DNA from: Orbicella franksi
Lineage: Eukaryota
Assembly: GCA_964199315.1 (NCBI GenBank)
Contig: OZ116705.1
Span: forward strand, 16,120,001-16,184,000
Reading direction: 5' to 3'
Length of the DNA stretch: 64,000 bases
Made by a program: the position numbers and the translations under genes. This document shows, piece after piece, positions 1 to 13,898 of the stretch (positions are counted from its first letter, which is position 1; each line of letters opens with the position of its first letter). A model generated the notes under the pieces. That model ran no database searches, had not been told where the DNA came from, and saw only the letters and a program-made list of their open reading frames with translations.

Positions 1-154
1 TCAGTCACTCAATCATCCATCCATCAATCAATAAAAAGTAATTGTTCCAAATTGATTGATCACTGCCATTAACCGTGTTAGTTTATCTGAGGTGTGAGAC
101 CAGATTAACGTAGTTTGTTTAACGGCTTAGTTTTGTGTTTGTGTTATTTTACAG

Positions 155-210
155 AAGGCAATGGACCTTTAGAGCTTGGGCAGTTTGTTGCCCTATTTCA
201 GACCATGTGA
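155..210 (+). CDS. Possible terminal coding exon of an upstream gene lying mostly outside the window (..EGNGPLELGQFVALFQTM*)
   Basis: T-rich tract and ttttacag acceptor at 145-154, then a 56-nt phase-1 frame ending TGA at 208-210. The peptide loosely resembles an EF-hand-like C-terminus, but it is too short to be sure. Confidence 0.3.
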
Positions 211-526
211 TGATACTCTTGAGAATTCTTGCTTTCAAATTTTCAAATAGTCACGCGTACATGAATGATTAATTTTTAGATCGATAAAAGAACAATTCCT
301 AAAAGATATCACGTGGTCTATAATAGGAACACAAACCGCTCAGGCTGAAAAGGTCTTTTTTCCTAACCTGTAGCTCCTCTCTTTTAGGAATATTAAGTTA
401 AACGGCAGGATATTCTCAAGACAGCACATAGCGGAGTTCAAGCAAGCCGCACAAAACCCCCATAGAGTCTGGGTGTGAAATCAACCGACTCACCACAAGA
501 AATATTGAAATCCAAACTGCAGAGCG

Positions 527-2493
527 ATGAATTACAAAAGATGTTTCTGTTCGACATTGTCAGCTGTAGTTTTTGCGAGCTGTGTATTTTTATCAAGTTA
601 TGTTCTCAACAATTCTTGTAGTTTTCTGTCAAATTGCAGACTTGACATTACTTCAACCTGGCAGATGGACACTGACGAGATACTCAAAGACAAAGGGGTA
701 ATATTAACTGAGGAAAACAACCTCTTGAGACTGAATTCAAAACACCAACACGACTCCTTTAATGTAACGGACCTGGTTCTAAACGAACTTCACAAAGGAT
801 TCTTTGCTGCGATAAGTGAAAACGAGGCCAGCGGTTCATCGTTGGACAGTGTCGTTTGTGTTTCGGAACCAACAGTCTTAGAATGCCAAGAGGCTGGATT
901 TGCTGCACTGCTATTGGCCACTTTAGATCACGTGTCGTACTGCCTCACGCTTGGGATACGCAAGGTGACGATTCATTGGAAAAACTGTCAGTCATCTTGT
1001 ACAAAAGACCCGCGGATAAATTCATGGCCGGCATTTTTTGAGCCGATGAATGCGGGGACTGAGCTGAGTGCTGACAAAGTCATTTGTTTGGGAGGCACCA
1101 TCGTCGGTAGAGTTCTTGCGCGTGAATCTGCTCGCTCTCTGACGCGTTTGAGTGCGCAGCAAATCAAACAGTTCAACATAGTTTCCAGGGAAAGCTCTCT
1201 TCTGGATGTTGGATTTAGGAAACGGCAAAGTCTGCCAGGCTACGAAGAAGGCGCGATAATTACATCAGAATTACGAAAATGGGCCTTCACTCTCATCACT
1301 GAACATTTTCGACCACAAAAGATCATTCTGACACGAGTGAACGAATTTTACACGAATAAAATGCGGGGATTCAGTATTCTCGGGGTCCATGTGCGTGCGA
1401 CAGATCATACGGCTGAGACTGAAGATCACACTTTGCCCACAATGGAGAAATGGATTCACGATGCTGAAGCAGTATTTGAAACACTGAGAGAACCTAAGAG
1501 AATATTCCTGGCCACTGATAACTATGAGATTATTGTCCGCTTTGGAGAACATTTTGGAAAGAATAAGGTGTGACATGAAGATATTAGAAAATTCTGGTCT
1601 ATATGACTTGGGCTGTGTTTTTCAACAACAACAATAATTTTTATGAGCTCGGAAGAAAAAAAATTCCATGAAAGACATTAAGTAGTCATTAGAAGTAGAT
1701 TAATAAGATAGAAAGAAAGTACAGTGAAACTTGTATTAAGCGGACCCAATATTAAGCGGACACCCTACAGCCGCTGAAGTCCCAAAATTTTCCTCCCGCA
1801 TTTACTGTAAAATGAACCTACATTCAGCGGACACCTCTGTTAAGCGGACGCGGACACCAATATTAAGCCATTTTGTTGCACAAAACCTGCAATAAGCGGA
1901 CACTTCAAGGGCTTTTTACTTCTAAGAGTTCAGCTATAAAAGAGTCCTTTAGCATTGTTCAGTGATGTCATTTTAAAGCTAAGTAGATTGTTCCAGATTG
2001 ATACGCTAGTCTTTGATCTTACTCTCTGTTACACTGTGTTACAAAAGGGTTAATAGTTAACTATTATTGCACAACATATTAGAACATGCTTAGAGCGGAC
2101 ACCCGGTATTAAGCGGACACTGCTGAGGGTTTCATGGGTGTCCGCGTAATACAGGTTTCACTGTAATTTTTTTTTTTCTAAAGAGAGCCTAGAGGCTAAA
2201 AGAACCGTTACGTTTTCGAGTTAGCACCTATTAGCCATTTAATGTTATTTTTATAACATCATTGCTTTAAGTAAGCTTTCTATATTTTTCCATTCATGCA
2301 TGTCAAACAAGACGCATATAAATAATTTCAAGATTTCAGTTTACTTTCATTTTGTTTCAACTGTCAAAGGCGCGGAAATTGTATTCCCAGGATCACGATT
2401 CTTTAATCTTTTTTTCCGTTTCTCTCACTTTTAGTGAAGCAGTGGGTTACGGGGGAGGATATCTGCTTTGATTGTTTGACAGCGAACAGTAAA

Positions 2494-2524
<31 letters not shown>

Positions 2525-3302
2525 TAGCTTGAAAACAGTGTTGTCTACTAGAGACATCCTGTTTGGGGAAACCATGCACCTTTTCTAAAACTTTCCTCAT
2601 AGGAATCAGTCTGCTTCCAATATTGAATAGAGGGGGTAAGTTTCTAAAGAAACTGTGGTTCTGCGTCGGTGGGGAGTATAATTTGGTTTTGTCAACTGGG
2701 TTGATAATGTGAATTGGCCACCGTAAAGAGATTTGAAAGCTTTCGAATCTCTTTACGGTGGCCAATTCACATTATCACATTATCAGAGTGTGACCGTGCG
2801 ACTAATGTGTAACTTCCCAAACACAAACGGCTAGTAGTACGCAAAGAAGTTTGTAAACATTTTCCATTTCATTTCAGGTGATTTACACTGCTGCTGTCAG
2901 GGCAAGCAAGTACTACTCCAAGCATCCAATCACCGGTGGGTTCACAAACGACACTAGTCCTATCGAGATTGGTTCCCAGGTTCTTATCGACATCCTGCTG
3001 TTGGCCAAATGTAATCATTTCCTCCATGGCGAGTCAAGCGTGGCGACTTTAGCTTCCCTTTTCAACCCAGAGATGAAACTTTTCTTTATTGGAAATTTAG
3101 GACAGGATGTTCTTGTGGTAAGTTTTCAGTTAGGGGGAATAAAATAGTCAGATTCGGATTAGATTCCAATTGATTGTGCCCCCAGTGTAGAGTTTGTTAT
3201 TGGCTATCGCCTTGCTGTGATCATGAATTGCTGTTTTTCCAGACGAGTCTGTGTTCAAAAACATTTTTGTTCAAGAAGGCATACAAACAAAGCGAAAGAT
3301 GA
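527..3302 (+). CDS. NodZ/FUT8-like (GT-B fold, GT23-like) fucosyltransferase, type II membrane protein
   Basis: Exon 1 is 527-1567 (AAG|gtgtga, phase 0). Exon 2 is 2878-3117 (atttcag|GTG...GTG|gtaagt). Tentative exon 3 is 3243-3302 (ttttccag|...TGA); otherwise read-through stops at 3147. N-terminal hydrophobic anchor (AVVFASCVFLSSYVL) and the three GDP-fucose motifs GVHVRATDH, IFLATDN and VLIDILLLAKCNHFLHGESSVA. Confidence 0.8.
1722..2163. mobile_element. Tc1/mariner-type MITE in intron 1 of the fucosyltransferase
   Basis: TIRs CAGTGAAAC(T/C)TGTATTA...TAATACAGGTTTCACTG, flanked by TA on both sides. Internal TAAGCGGACAC repeats. Confidence 0.85.
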
Positions 3303-3500
3303 ACACAATACTTGATTAACTGACGCTTTCGTCTCTTTTGCATTTCAAATCGCTGAGAATTGCAATAGCAGCTATTTTTTTTACGCAAAAGTCCCCGTTA
3401 TAGTCAGAGAAACCAACTACCCGAAATATGTTGAATTCTGGACTTGCACCCACCTTACGATTTAGTGCATTTATGCCAAAATTGCATGATAATGAGGTGC

Positions 3501-3820
3501 AAGGATGTGCAAATAGATGACAAGCACCTGGTACTTATTGGTTTTGAAAATGACTGGGCAAAGCAAAACAACAGCAACAGCAAAACAAAAACAAAACAAG
3601 GGTGTGCACATAGTTGATAAGCACCTCGCATCCATTGGTTTTGAAAATGACTGGGCAAAACAAAACAAAACAACAACAACAAAACAAAACAAAAACAAAC
3701 AAACAAACAACAAGGATGCAAGGGTGTGCACGTAGTTTAGAAACACTCGCATCCATTCGTTTGGAAATGGCGCAGCAAAAAAAACAACAACAAAAAAACA
3801 AAAACAAAAACAAACAAAAT
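3501..3820. repeat. Three imperfect ~100-120 bp tandem units with (CAAAA)n-rich spacers
   Basis: Units start aagg(a/g)tgtgca at ~3501, 3598 and 3720. The first two share ttggttttgaaaatgactgggcaaa. Confidence 0.8.
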
Positions 3821-4045
3821 AAATAAAGAAATAAAGAAATAAACCAGATTGAAAGTTAAACTTAAATTACAGCATAATATATTATTACAAATGAAGGTAA
3901 CATTTACTCAGAATAACTAAGAAGCTAATCTGAAGCTAAGCTAAAAGCTAAGCTGAGTAAAACTAAGTAATGTTTACATATCGGATGTAGGTTGGCGCTA
4001 AAGCTTGAATAAAAGAGGAAGAGACAAAAAATAATAATAAAGAAT

Positions 4046-4095
4046 GAATAAATAAATAAATAAATAAATAAGATAAATAAATAAATAAATAAATA
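4046..4095. repeat. (TAAA)n microsatellite
   Basis: Direct reading of the sequence. Confidence 0.9.
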
Positions 4096-4740
4096 CCAGT
4101 TGAAACCTCATGAGCAGTAAGACTGTAAGATATTTAACTTGATTTTTTTTTAAACGTTTTAAGGGGGAGGTGTTTGATACTTTCGTCAAGAACAAAACAA
4201 GGACTCATGAGACGAGAAAGGCGCGCTTCCATATGTACCTCTATTCCCAGTTTACTTGAAAGTTGTTGCTCAATGAATATACAAAAACGGAAAACATTCG
4301 ATAAGATGTTTTTTTTTTTCTTTAGGACGGCGATTCCAAACAAAAATCTCACTCTGCCATAAGTGACAGTACAGCAATACAGAAAAAGGAGTTAGGAAAG
4401 CAAGGTCAGATGGTTAATTGGTATTCCAAAACCAAAGAATCTTACGGTACTTGCCCAAACATGGCCATACGACGGCTGATTGGCCCGAAGAAAGTAAGAG
4501 CTGAATTAAGATAAAGAGAATTACAGGAAAGTAGAGTTGCAATCCATAATTAGATGTCGCTTATTTCCAATTCATACCCCATTGTCCATTCTTCGTTTTG
4601 CCTGAGAGTTTTTCTGATCGTAGTTATGAGCGTTATTGACGTGTTTATTTTGAAAGCAACATTCTCGTAATTGCGCACTGATTGCACTTTTTAATTCGGA
4701 AAACGTGTTACTGTATTGCAGAACATTACTGCTTCACACT

Positions 4741-5089
4741 CACCGTATTCACAAATGGCGGCCCTCCTGGGGCGAGCGAGCGGTAAAACACGAAAACGAG
4801 GCGTTGTAGGATGATCGGAGAAGTGACGGGGCTAACATGTCTGTTTCACTTTGTGAGGACGATATTCCTGGCTCATCTCTAGCTGGCAGAAACCCAGCAG
4901 AGCTAAAAACTGAAGAGTCACGTTTTTGGCGCAAATGCAGAAACGAGCCAGCGAAAGGACTGCGGACAAAAGCTCATGTTCACCCAGTAACGTCTCCGAT
5001 CATCTGTAATATTTTTAATCCTACAACGCCTTGTTTTCTCGTTTGACCGCTCGCTCGCTCCTGGAGGGCCGCCATTTGTGAATACGGTG
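4741..5089. mobile_element. MITE with long terminal inverted repeats
   Basis: caccgtattcacaaatggcggccctcc at 4741 is the reverse complement of ggagggccgccatttgtgaatacggtg ending at 5089. Pairing continues imperfectly for ~70 bp. TSD unclear. Confidence 0.8.
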
Positions 5090-6516
5090 CATGCGCATGT
5101 AGAATATAGTTGTACCATAATAACATACCGATCTCCCTTGCAGCGAGTTCACTATTTCGATTACCACCATCACCACTGCTTGTGTAATATTTCTCAAACT
5201 TACTAATAATTACCCGGTCTTAACACGAGAGACAATGTTTCAGCAGGATATCCAAACACTGAGAAGAAAGTTGAAACTACGAGCACGGCGGAGTATTTTT
5301 GACGAAATTCGAGGTGTTTGGATAGTCGATGCAACACTGTCTCGAGTGTTTTATATATCTTCTCAATCAAAATAAAAACTGTGGAATAAACGTACAACTA
5401 AAATCGTCAAAATCTATGCTAATTAAGACCGGATATCCAAACCTCCTTAACGGTTGTGATTTTCTTTATTTTAACTTGATGAATTATTAATGTGTTTGAG
5501 AATGTACTTTTCCGACTACTTGCAATTAAGGATGATTTTCAGTCCGTACTGCGCCCTCTGGAAAGTTTGTATACGTTTTATTTTCATGTAAAACATCACA
5601 AATGTGAACATTTCGCAACTACTTACATGAAGGAAATTCAAAGTTTCATGTCAACCGCCATTACGGATGCGAGGCTTTTTGCTTCGTTCTTTCTCATATC
5701 ACTTGATGAAACAACTTCGCAGCTGTAAAAATCAATGAAGCTGTTGGGAAAAGAACTTGAAAAGCCTCAAAGATAACGTATGTCGTTTGTAACGAATAAC
5801 AACGATTCGCATTCCATCGAGTGAGACATATAACGTTTATAAACATTAGGGTGCTGAGACTGCGCAGTACGGACTGGAAATCATCTTTAAGGATCAACAG
5901 CCATTAGTAAGTACAAAATGCAAACAATCAACAAACAATATTGTTTTTCTTTTTCTAGAGGGATGGCGATTTAAAAGAAAAACCTTTTCCCGACAGTAAA
6001 TATAGCGAGGAGAAGGAAGTCGAATGGGAAGATGGATGGGAAGATCAGCTTCAGAGCCTTGCTGGGTGTTTCCAAGCTAATGGTCCTTATAGTGCATGCC
6101 CAAATATGGCCAAAGGACGACTTATCGATTCAAAAGAAGTCCGGTCATTTTTAGCGAAATAAAAGTGAATAAAATTATGGATTAAACAGAGACTTTTTTG
6201 CGTGCTCTTGTAATCTTGGGAAAAACGGCTGCTTTCTCAGCTTGAACCGTTTATGTACGCTTCGACGGCATATCAAGCGAGTTTGTTAACCCAGTGTTTG
6301 TATTTTTCGAGCCAAACATACGAGCCCGACAGGCCGCCGGAAGCGCACGCTATTGGCGATAAATCCGGTCATATGAGATTAGTGAATGAATATTGCAGGA
6401 TATCAGGGACCGATTGAACGAGGGGGATATATAACCCTTTCTAGTGGATAAATTGCTGACAAGTGGATAAGCATTAGCCAAAGAAACGACTGTAGACCCC
6501 ACTGTAGATAGATATA

Positions 6517-7472
6517 TCGTAAATCTTCGAATTAACCCCCCCCCCTCGAATAAGCGCCCCCTTCGAATAAGCGCCCCTCCTATCGGCCAAATTTAAAATA
6601 AGCGCCCCTCATCGAATAAGCGCCCCCCTCCCCTCCCCCTATTTTGTGGATGAGTAATGAGACAACAAAGGCTGTATTATTTTCGTCGTGTAGTATTAGG
6701 ACAAACAATAGACTGCAAGGCTGATACTACATGAAAAACGTTTCTAGACACCAACATGACAAGAACCGATAAAGTAGGATCGCAACAATGGACAACTGTT
6801 TCGCCCTTCTTGGGGCTCGTCAGCACTGTGTAGCGAAGATATGTAACGCAAGCCCAACAGCCAACGCGCATAAATTGCAAAATGACCCGTTCACTATATC
6901 AAGTTCAGTACTTTGAACTCACTTGCGCCTCGAAACACGCGTTGCCACATCACGTGTTTCGGGGCGCAAGGAGACAAAGTGTCAAGATTGGTGTCTGGCA
7001 AAACAAAAGAATAAATGTGGCTGGACAAGGTCAGCCTAAACATTTAAACATTCAGCCGCATGGCCAGTACCATGCTTTAAAAACGCAGCGTATCAGATCT
7101 CTTGTAGATCCTACATTGGCAGCGTTTGTCGTATGCGGTCCCTTGCAGTTTCTGGTTTCTCATTGTAGTATTAGATTTGCACATTGTTTCAATATGTGAA
7201 CACGTTAAGTGAACACGTTGAACACGTTGAGTACTGACGGTGCCGTGATTTAAACTTTAGGATCACAAAGATCAGCTTTTTATGTCGATAAACAGCTTAT
7301 GTTGTTGTTTACGCGCAGATGATGTATTGGAAAAAAATGATCCTGCCAGGCCACCATTTGGGAAAAATTAAATAAGCGCCCCGCCTCGATTAAGCGCCCC
7401 CTCGAATAAGCGCCCCCCATTTTCTCCTAAATTTGAAATAAGCGCCCCGGGCGCTAATTCGAATATTTACGG
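6517..7472. mobile_element. Tc1/mariner (pogo/Tigger-like ends) non-autonomous element just upstream of TRMT11
   Basis: TA|(t/c)cgtaaat(c/a)ttcgaatta ... taattcgaatatttacgg|TA. Subterminal AATAAGCGCCCC repeats at both ends. Confidence 0.8.
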
Positions 7473-7587
7473 TATTCAGTGGACGGCCATATCACAACTT
7501 TTCAATTAGAGGACTGGAAACTAGTGAAGCTGTCGGCAAAACAATCCATCGTGTCAGCGGAAGCTCCCTTCACTAGCATAATTCAAA

Positions 7588-10500
7588 ATGGCGGACGAAC
7601 TGACTATTCCGGGCTGTGTAGAATATCTGTGTCTTTTTGCCCAAGAACACGTGGATTTTCGAATATCGGTAAGTGTATGCAAACTTTAATATCTAGCACA
7701 GAAAAATTCTTCTTTAATACCAGTGAATTGGAGAAATTTTGAGTTTTATGAAAAGTTTCCTTGCTTAACACAATATTTTAACCCTGCACTCTTGCTTACA
7801 AAACTGAGAATTCCCAGTACTGGCAGAAGCCTCCTCTAGCATTTTTCATGTTCCTCTGATCACGTTTTCCCCAATCGTTTTGAGTCCTCTAAAATACCTT
7901 CATGTTTCACCATTGTGTGATATCCACGATATGGATAACAGTTAGAAAGAGAAAAGAAATCTGCAAAATCAACGAAGACTTTAAATTGCTTTTTTGATAG
8001 CTTTGGAAAGAGCTATTTAAAATGGCTTCACAAGGAGCCAACTTAAAAGTGTTTTCAAGCTTTTTACGTATGAAGAAGAAATAACTTAATTGTTCTCATT
8101 TGTAAGTTTCTGATTTTACTAGGCTTTGAATCAATCAAGGTCATAGAAGGGGTGGTGAATGGTCCTTCAAAAACCATGGGCCTTGCAAAATTTTCACTGA
8201 ATTTCATGTGTCTCACAGTCTCGTTTTTTAGTGGTTATGTGCGTCTCGCAGTCTCAATTTTTCTCACAAAGCTGCCTCTTGCAATTAAAGAAATCAAAAT
8301 TTCTCGGGCTTGCTAAGAAAAATGCTAATCTTGTCGTCTTGCAAAGTCTTGCATTTACCATTCACCACCTCTCATAGAGTATGCGACGTTTTAAACGCAC
8401 CATTTTTAAAATTACAACAGTTTTGTTAGAAGTGAGAGTTGTGAATGTTTTTGTTCTTACTGCAATTTGAGTTCATTTGTATCCATCTGTATGATTTCCA
8501 CCCTTGCACAATGTTTTGGACAAGAAGGTCACAGTCCCGCAAGTCCAAGGGGCTTCACATGCCTGTGCATGCACAGTTACTATACAGAAGCTGCAAAGAA
8601 AATTATCTGTAAAGAAATTCTATCGAGAAAAAAGTTAACTCTAAGCTAGCATACAGTATAGAGTCCAAGGATACAAATTGGAGCATGAAGTTTCAGCGAA
8701 TACCCTCAAACCATGAACCCTTGACTTTTTTTTTTTAAACATTTTATTTTTGTTTACTATGGGATGAGGGATCTAGTGTCTTTACACTGTAAAAATGCTA
8801 ATTTTGTATATTGTACAGTGTATGAAGAGCACTAATTCTATAGTCACGGAAAAAATGCGCAAGGTGTACAGTACTTGGTTCAAGTTTCTTTTCTGTATAT
8901 TTATCTTGAATTATAACATAAATTTACATGTAGGTTTTTTTAAAAATCCTCTAGACCAGATGTCTTTTTATATGCATGCTTGTACAATGATACGTTGATT
9001 ACTGGATGATCTTGTGTTTTTCTAGTGGGATTTGGTGTTATCCTCGAAGATTGGAGGTAAACCATACCCTGTAACACACCCAGCCAATTAAATTCAAGCA
9101 TGCATTATCCAGTTAATACTCCCCCGCCGTCTTCCTGCAATTTTTACATTACATCAACCAAACAAGCAATGCATCATCAGGGTGTTGTGAACAATTCCAA
9201 GGAATAATGTGAAAATGAATTGATTAAAAATCCATTTTCTCCTGTGTGTTATGTTAGGAATTGTTATCAGTGTCCACAATGTTTAATTTCAAGATACTTG
9301 TGCAATACCAGGATCACAGGAAAGAAGTAAGATTAATGAATTGATATATCACTTAACTAGATTAACTTCTGAAGGACAGAACCTTCTCAATGTTCTCTTC
9401 GTTGGACAGATGTTGACCACCACACCCTCTGTTAGATATCTGTTTTAGTAGGTTACATATCAATAAGGGACTGAATTAAAAAAAAAAAAACACAAACAAA
9501 CAAACAAACAAACAAACAAACAAAACAAAACAAAACAAAACCAAAAACAAGCAAACACCTTTTTTCAAAGTCAAGTGCAATATTTCATATATAATATTTC
9601 AGCTTTCAGTCTTTTTTGCAAGCCTGGCATGAGGAGACAAATGCATTAAATGCAATATTGAGCACAATCATGAATTAAATATTTACTTGCAAATTTAATG
9701 GAGTTATTCCGCTTGTTTCCTGTAGAATCCTCATTTGGTGGTATGTTTGCCTAATGAAAAGTGTGCAAGGTACCTGCTATCCAGAGTTGTTTCTATAAAG
9801 TGAGTGTTCGTGAATATGACATTTTAAACTTGTATGATTACATGCATTGTAATGACTTAAAATGTTTTGACTAATCGTGCTGCAGAAAGGCATAGCTGGG
9901 AATAAATAGTAAATATGTATCATTTACTAGGTAAAAGGTCCAAATCTATGATTAAAAAAAAAGGTGGTCCATATTACAAGAAGTTGGACTGGCTACGAGC
10001 CAGTGATTAGCCAATCAAATTTGTGGATTTATGATTCTGGCCCACTAAGATACTTCAGGAAAATAATAAAATGTATTAGAAAATAGCCCAAAGAAAATAT
10101 GTGTGTTGAATGGTTTAAGATGAATTCCGCTCAATGTTCGAGCAATAACTGCAAAAATTATTTAGTAATAATCACTCACAGCACTGTAATGTTTTGAATA
10201 CTATTTCAAACATCTCACTGTAATTCAGTTCTCTAAGTGACCCCGCAGTTAAATCCCTAGGCATTCTTGAGAAATTTAATATTAAACCTCGTAAGAGTGT
10301 TTAATGCATGTGTTACTGTGTTTTCAAAAACACAAAACGCCCATTTTTATTGAAATATGGATGACTTCAAGTTCAATTTTCTCTTGTGGGGTGAGCTTGA
10401 GAGCTTAATTCTCAATAAGATCTTCTTACCTTTATTCAAAACATTACCATGCTATGAGATTTTTTTGGTAGCTTTATTTTTGCCATTATTGCTCGAATGT

Positions 10501-13500
10501 TCTGTGGAAATCATACTTGTCTTTCTATAACTCAATAGGAACACAGAACTATTACTAGCACAAGCTGTTGACTTGAAAAAGCTATGGAAACACTCCCCTG
10601 TTGGCCTGTGTTAATTCCCACAGCATGTCTCGTTCTCCCAAACTTGGACTCGTGTTTCTATAACATGTTAGAAATATGGTACATGTATGTTTTACATTTC
10701 TTAATTAATAGGTATTATAGACTGCTTGTCAGGTTTGATTTGTCAGGTAAATCCCATTTCATTCATGGCCAGCAGCAAGCACATACTTTCTTTGATTGTA
10801 TTTTTTTCTGTATCTACATGTACATGTAGGTCTGTTTATGAACTCTGGGGGCAAGGAAACAATATAGAAGATTTGAAGCAGTGTGTTCTCAAATATCCAG
10901 CCAAGAAAATGGTATGATATTTAGATGTATTTAAATTTGTTTTACAAACAAGCAAACAAATAAACTTGTACAGTGATAAACTTAATGCACATAATTACAT
11001 TGATGATAGTGTACATAATTAATTCCCCTGAAATGAGAGCATTTTGTTGTTGTGTATAATAAAATATGTGACATTTTAAATGTTTTCATGTCATCCAATA
11101 GTTTATTGTAAAAGGCATCCTATACTAAAGTACATGTATAGTTGAACCTGTATTAAGTGGATATCCTCGGGAAATGGCTAAGTGACTACTTAATACAGAG
11201 TAACCTTGCAATAAAAACTGTTCAAATACAATCAGTGCTGAAAAGACATTTGACCTCAATTAGAAACATTCATTTCTGGCGTTTTAATGATTTGCAAAAA
11301 TAAGTTACAGGGAAATCATTTGTTGTACCTCTTGTGTTACATTTTTTGAAACTGTACGAACAAGTAACTGACACTGTGCCACCGTTAAATACAGGTGAAG
11401 ACAATAGAAAAAGTCCTGTTGGGACTTCACAAATGGTGACCTCTTGATAGAGGTCAACATTACAGTAATTAAGGGAAGTAATTTTTGGGACTTTGAAAAC
11501 TGACTGCTAATACATGTAGAGGGTGACCACTTAATATGGTGCCGCTCAATACAGGTTCAACTGTTTCTAAATTGTCACGGAACAATAATATTATGACCTA
11601 CATGTACAAGTACACTGTGCTACAGTATGATCAACATATTTTGATTCATTTGCCTTGAGAGACAAAGTATTAATAAAATAAATAGATCACAGGTGTGTTG
11701 CATCTTTGAAGTACATGTATCTCAAACTGAGGAAGTTTGATGTTGCTAAACAAATATATATTAATTTTGTTAAACAACTGGAATTTTTTCATCGTTTCTT
11801 ACAGCAAGCTTTCACCTCCAGTGGCTCATCATTTAAAATAAGCATTGAATCATTTAATAAAAAGCTGACAGTAAATCAACAGAGAGAACTCATTGATGTA
11901 AGTATACAACTTGTGAATTACTCCCATGTAGCTTAATAACCAGATCTGGCATCACTTGGAGAGGTGTGATTGTAAATAATTGTTAGTTCATTAGTATTAT
12001 CACTTCTGTTTTGTTTAAGCCTGGTTTTCACTAGAGACATAAGCATAAGCACAAACACAAACGCAAACACAATAATTCTTATTTCATCGTAAAAAGCAAG
12101 GGCCTTAACACAGGCATAAGCACAAGCAGAAGCAGAAGGATCAAATTTTTTTCTTTTTCTTGTGCTTGCACTTATGCTTGCATTTGCGCTTCAACAAGTG
12201 AAAATGAAATACCACTCAGGCATAACACAAGTGCAAGGATATTTACCATACATGGTTATGTTTGGCCAATGAGAACACTGGATCCATATTACCTTACACC
12301 TAAACAGTTTTCACAATGGCAAAAGGTTCTGATTATTTTGCTTGTGCTTGTGCTTGGGTCGAATTTCATTTTCACTTGGGTCATCCCTATTGCTTGCATT
12401 TGTGCTTGCGCTTAAACCAGTTTGTGCATGTGCTTGCATTGCTAGTGAAAACCAGGCTATAATGCTTTCCACACTTGAGAGATCAGTTGTTTTTATTAGT
12501 GAATGAATCTCACAATCTTAATTCACACCCAATTCCGCAGCACTTAATTGATTTTCATTACTTTGATGTAGTACAGCTGTACTTAGGAAGATTGAAGCCA
12601 CAGTACACCTTGTTATCCACAGCAATTCCAATTCCTTCCTTTTCAAGGCCGTGTAAACCTGACGGCTCCCGATCATGTGTTCTCCTTGCTGCTGGATTAT
12701 GGAGATGACTCTAATGAAGCCCCTGCCACTCCAGACAGGCTGTTCTTTGGTCGCCTGGTAAGAAGAGAGTTCTACATGTAAGTTGCTAAAAGCAAGGGGG
12801 GTGGGGGAAGGGAGAGAGGGGGGTGTGGAGCAGCATTGTTGCTGTTTTTCACAACACCTCCAATGTTATAATATTGATTACCAGTCTTTGTTCAAAAAGT
12901 GAGCTCAAGCAGACTCAGCTAGCACTTCTAAACACTTTTACACTACCTTTGCATTAATCTTATATTTAGTAGAATTGTACTTCTGTTCACTGGTACATGT
13001 GATGCAGTCTGATTTGGCTGAGCTATAAATATTATACAATATTGGCCGCTGTTGTAATATCGTCTCGAGCTCGCAAATTGTTTGATAGAATTCTCAAGCA
13101 ATGAAGCTCATTGTTAAGTAAATGACTGTTTTCTAAGATTTACTTTTTTTGCGTAACTGAAGGTTGGATACGGTCAGCGTCACTTGCTGAAACAGTATTC
13201 ATTGAAGACGAGGCAGTTCATTGGTAATACCTCCATGGATCCTCAACTGTCTTTCCTAATGGCAAATCAAGGACAGGTATGTAGTGACAACCAAAAGAGA
13301 CTAAGGTTACAGTCCTACAGTATAACTTGATCTAAGATGGTTTCTTCTTGACAATCTCCTTTGAGTACACAAGGTGTCGAAGTCAAGGACTAACCTTTTC
13401 AATGAAATGAAATGATTGCAAAGCTTTAGGTGTTGCACTTTTTCAAAACACTCTTTTTTTTTTTTATTTTGTTTGTTTAGGTCCGTTCAGGAAGTCTTGT

Positions 13501-13831
13501 CTTTGATCCTTTTGTTGGAACTGGTAAGCTCTTTTGTTTGTTTTTCATGGTTACTATTTCGTTTTTCTATAACGAATGGTACTTTAGATTTTCAATGTAC
13601 TTTTTCTAGGAACTAATGAGAACATTTTTTTGTTTTTGTTTTTGTTTTTGTTAGGTAGCGTGCTGGTGTCTTGCTCTCATTTTGGAGCCCATGTGATGGG
13701 AAGTGATATTGATCACACACTTCTTCATGGACGAGGTACACAAACTAAGAGTGCATTATTGTTTGTTTGTTTGCTTTTTTAAGTGTAACCACCAGTAAAC
13801 AATACGCTGCGTAAAATGCTTACAATATATA

Positions 13832-13898
<67 letters not shown>

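Noticed and set aside
2403-2765. 120-aa minus-strand ORF in the fucosyltransferase intron
   Set aside because: It crosses a (CAAAA)n microsatellite, has a non-ATG start and shows no protein-like motifs.
6882-7199. 105-aa ORF inside the MITE as a transposase
   Set aside because: No recognisable HTH or DDE motifs and a non-ATG start.
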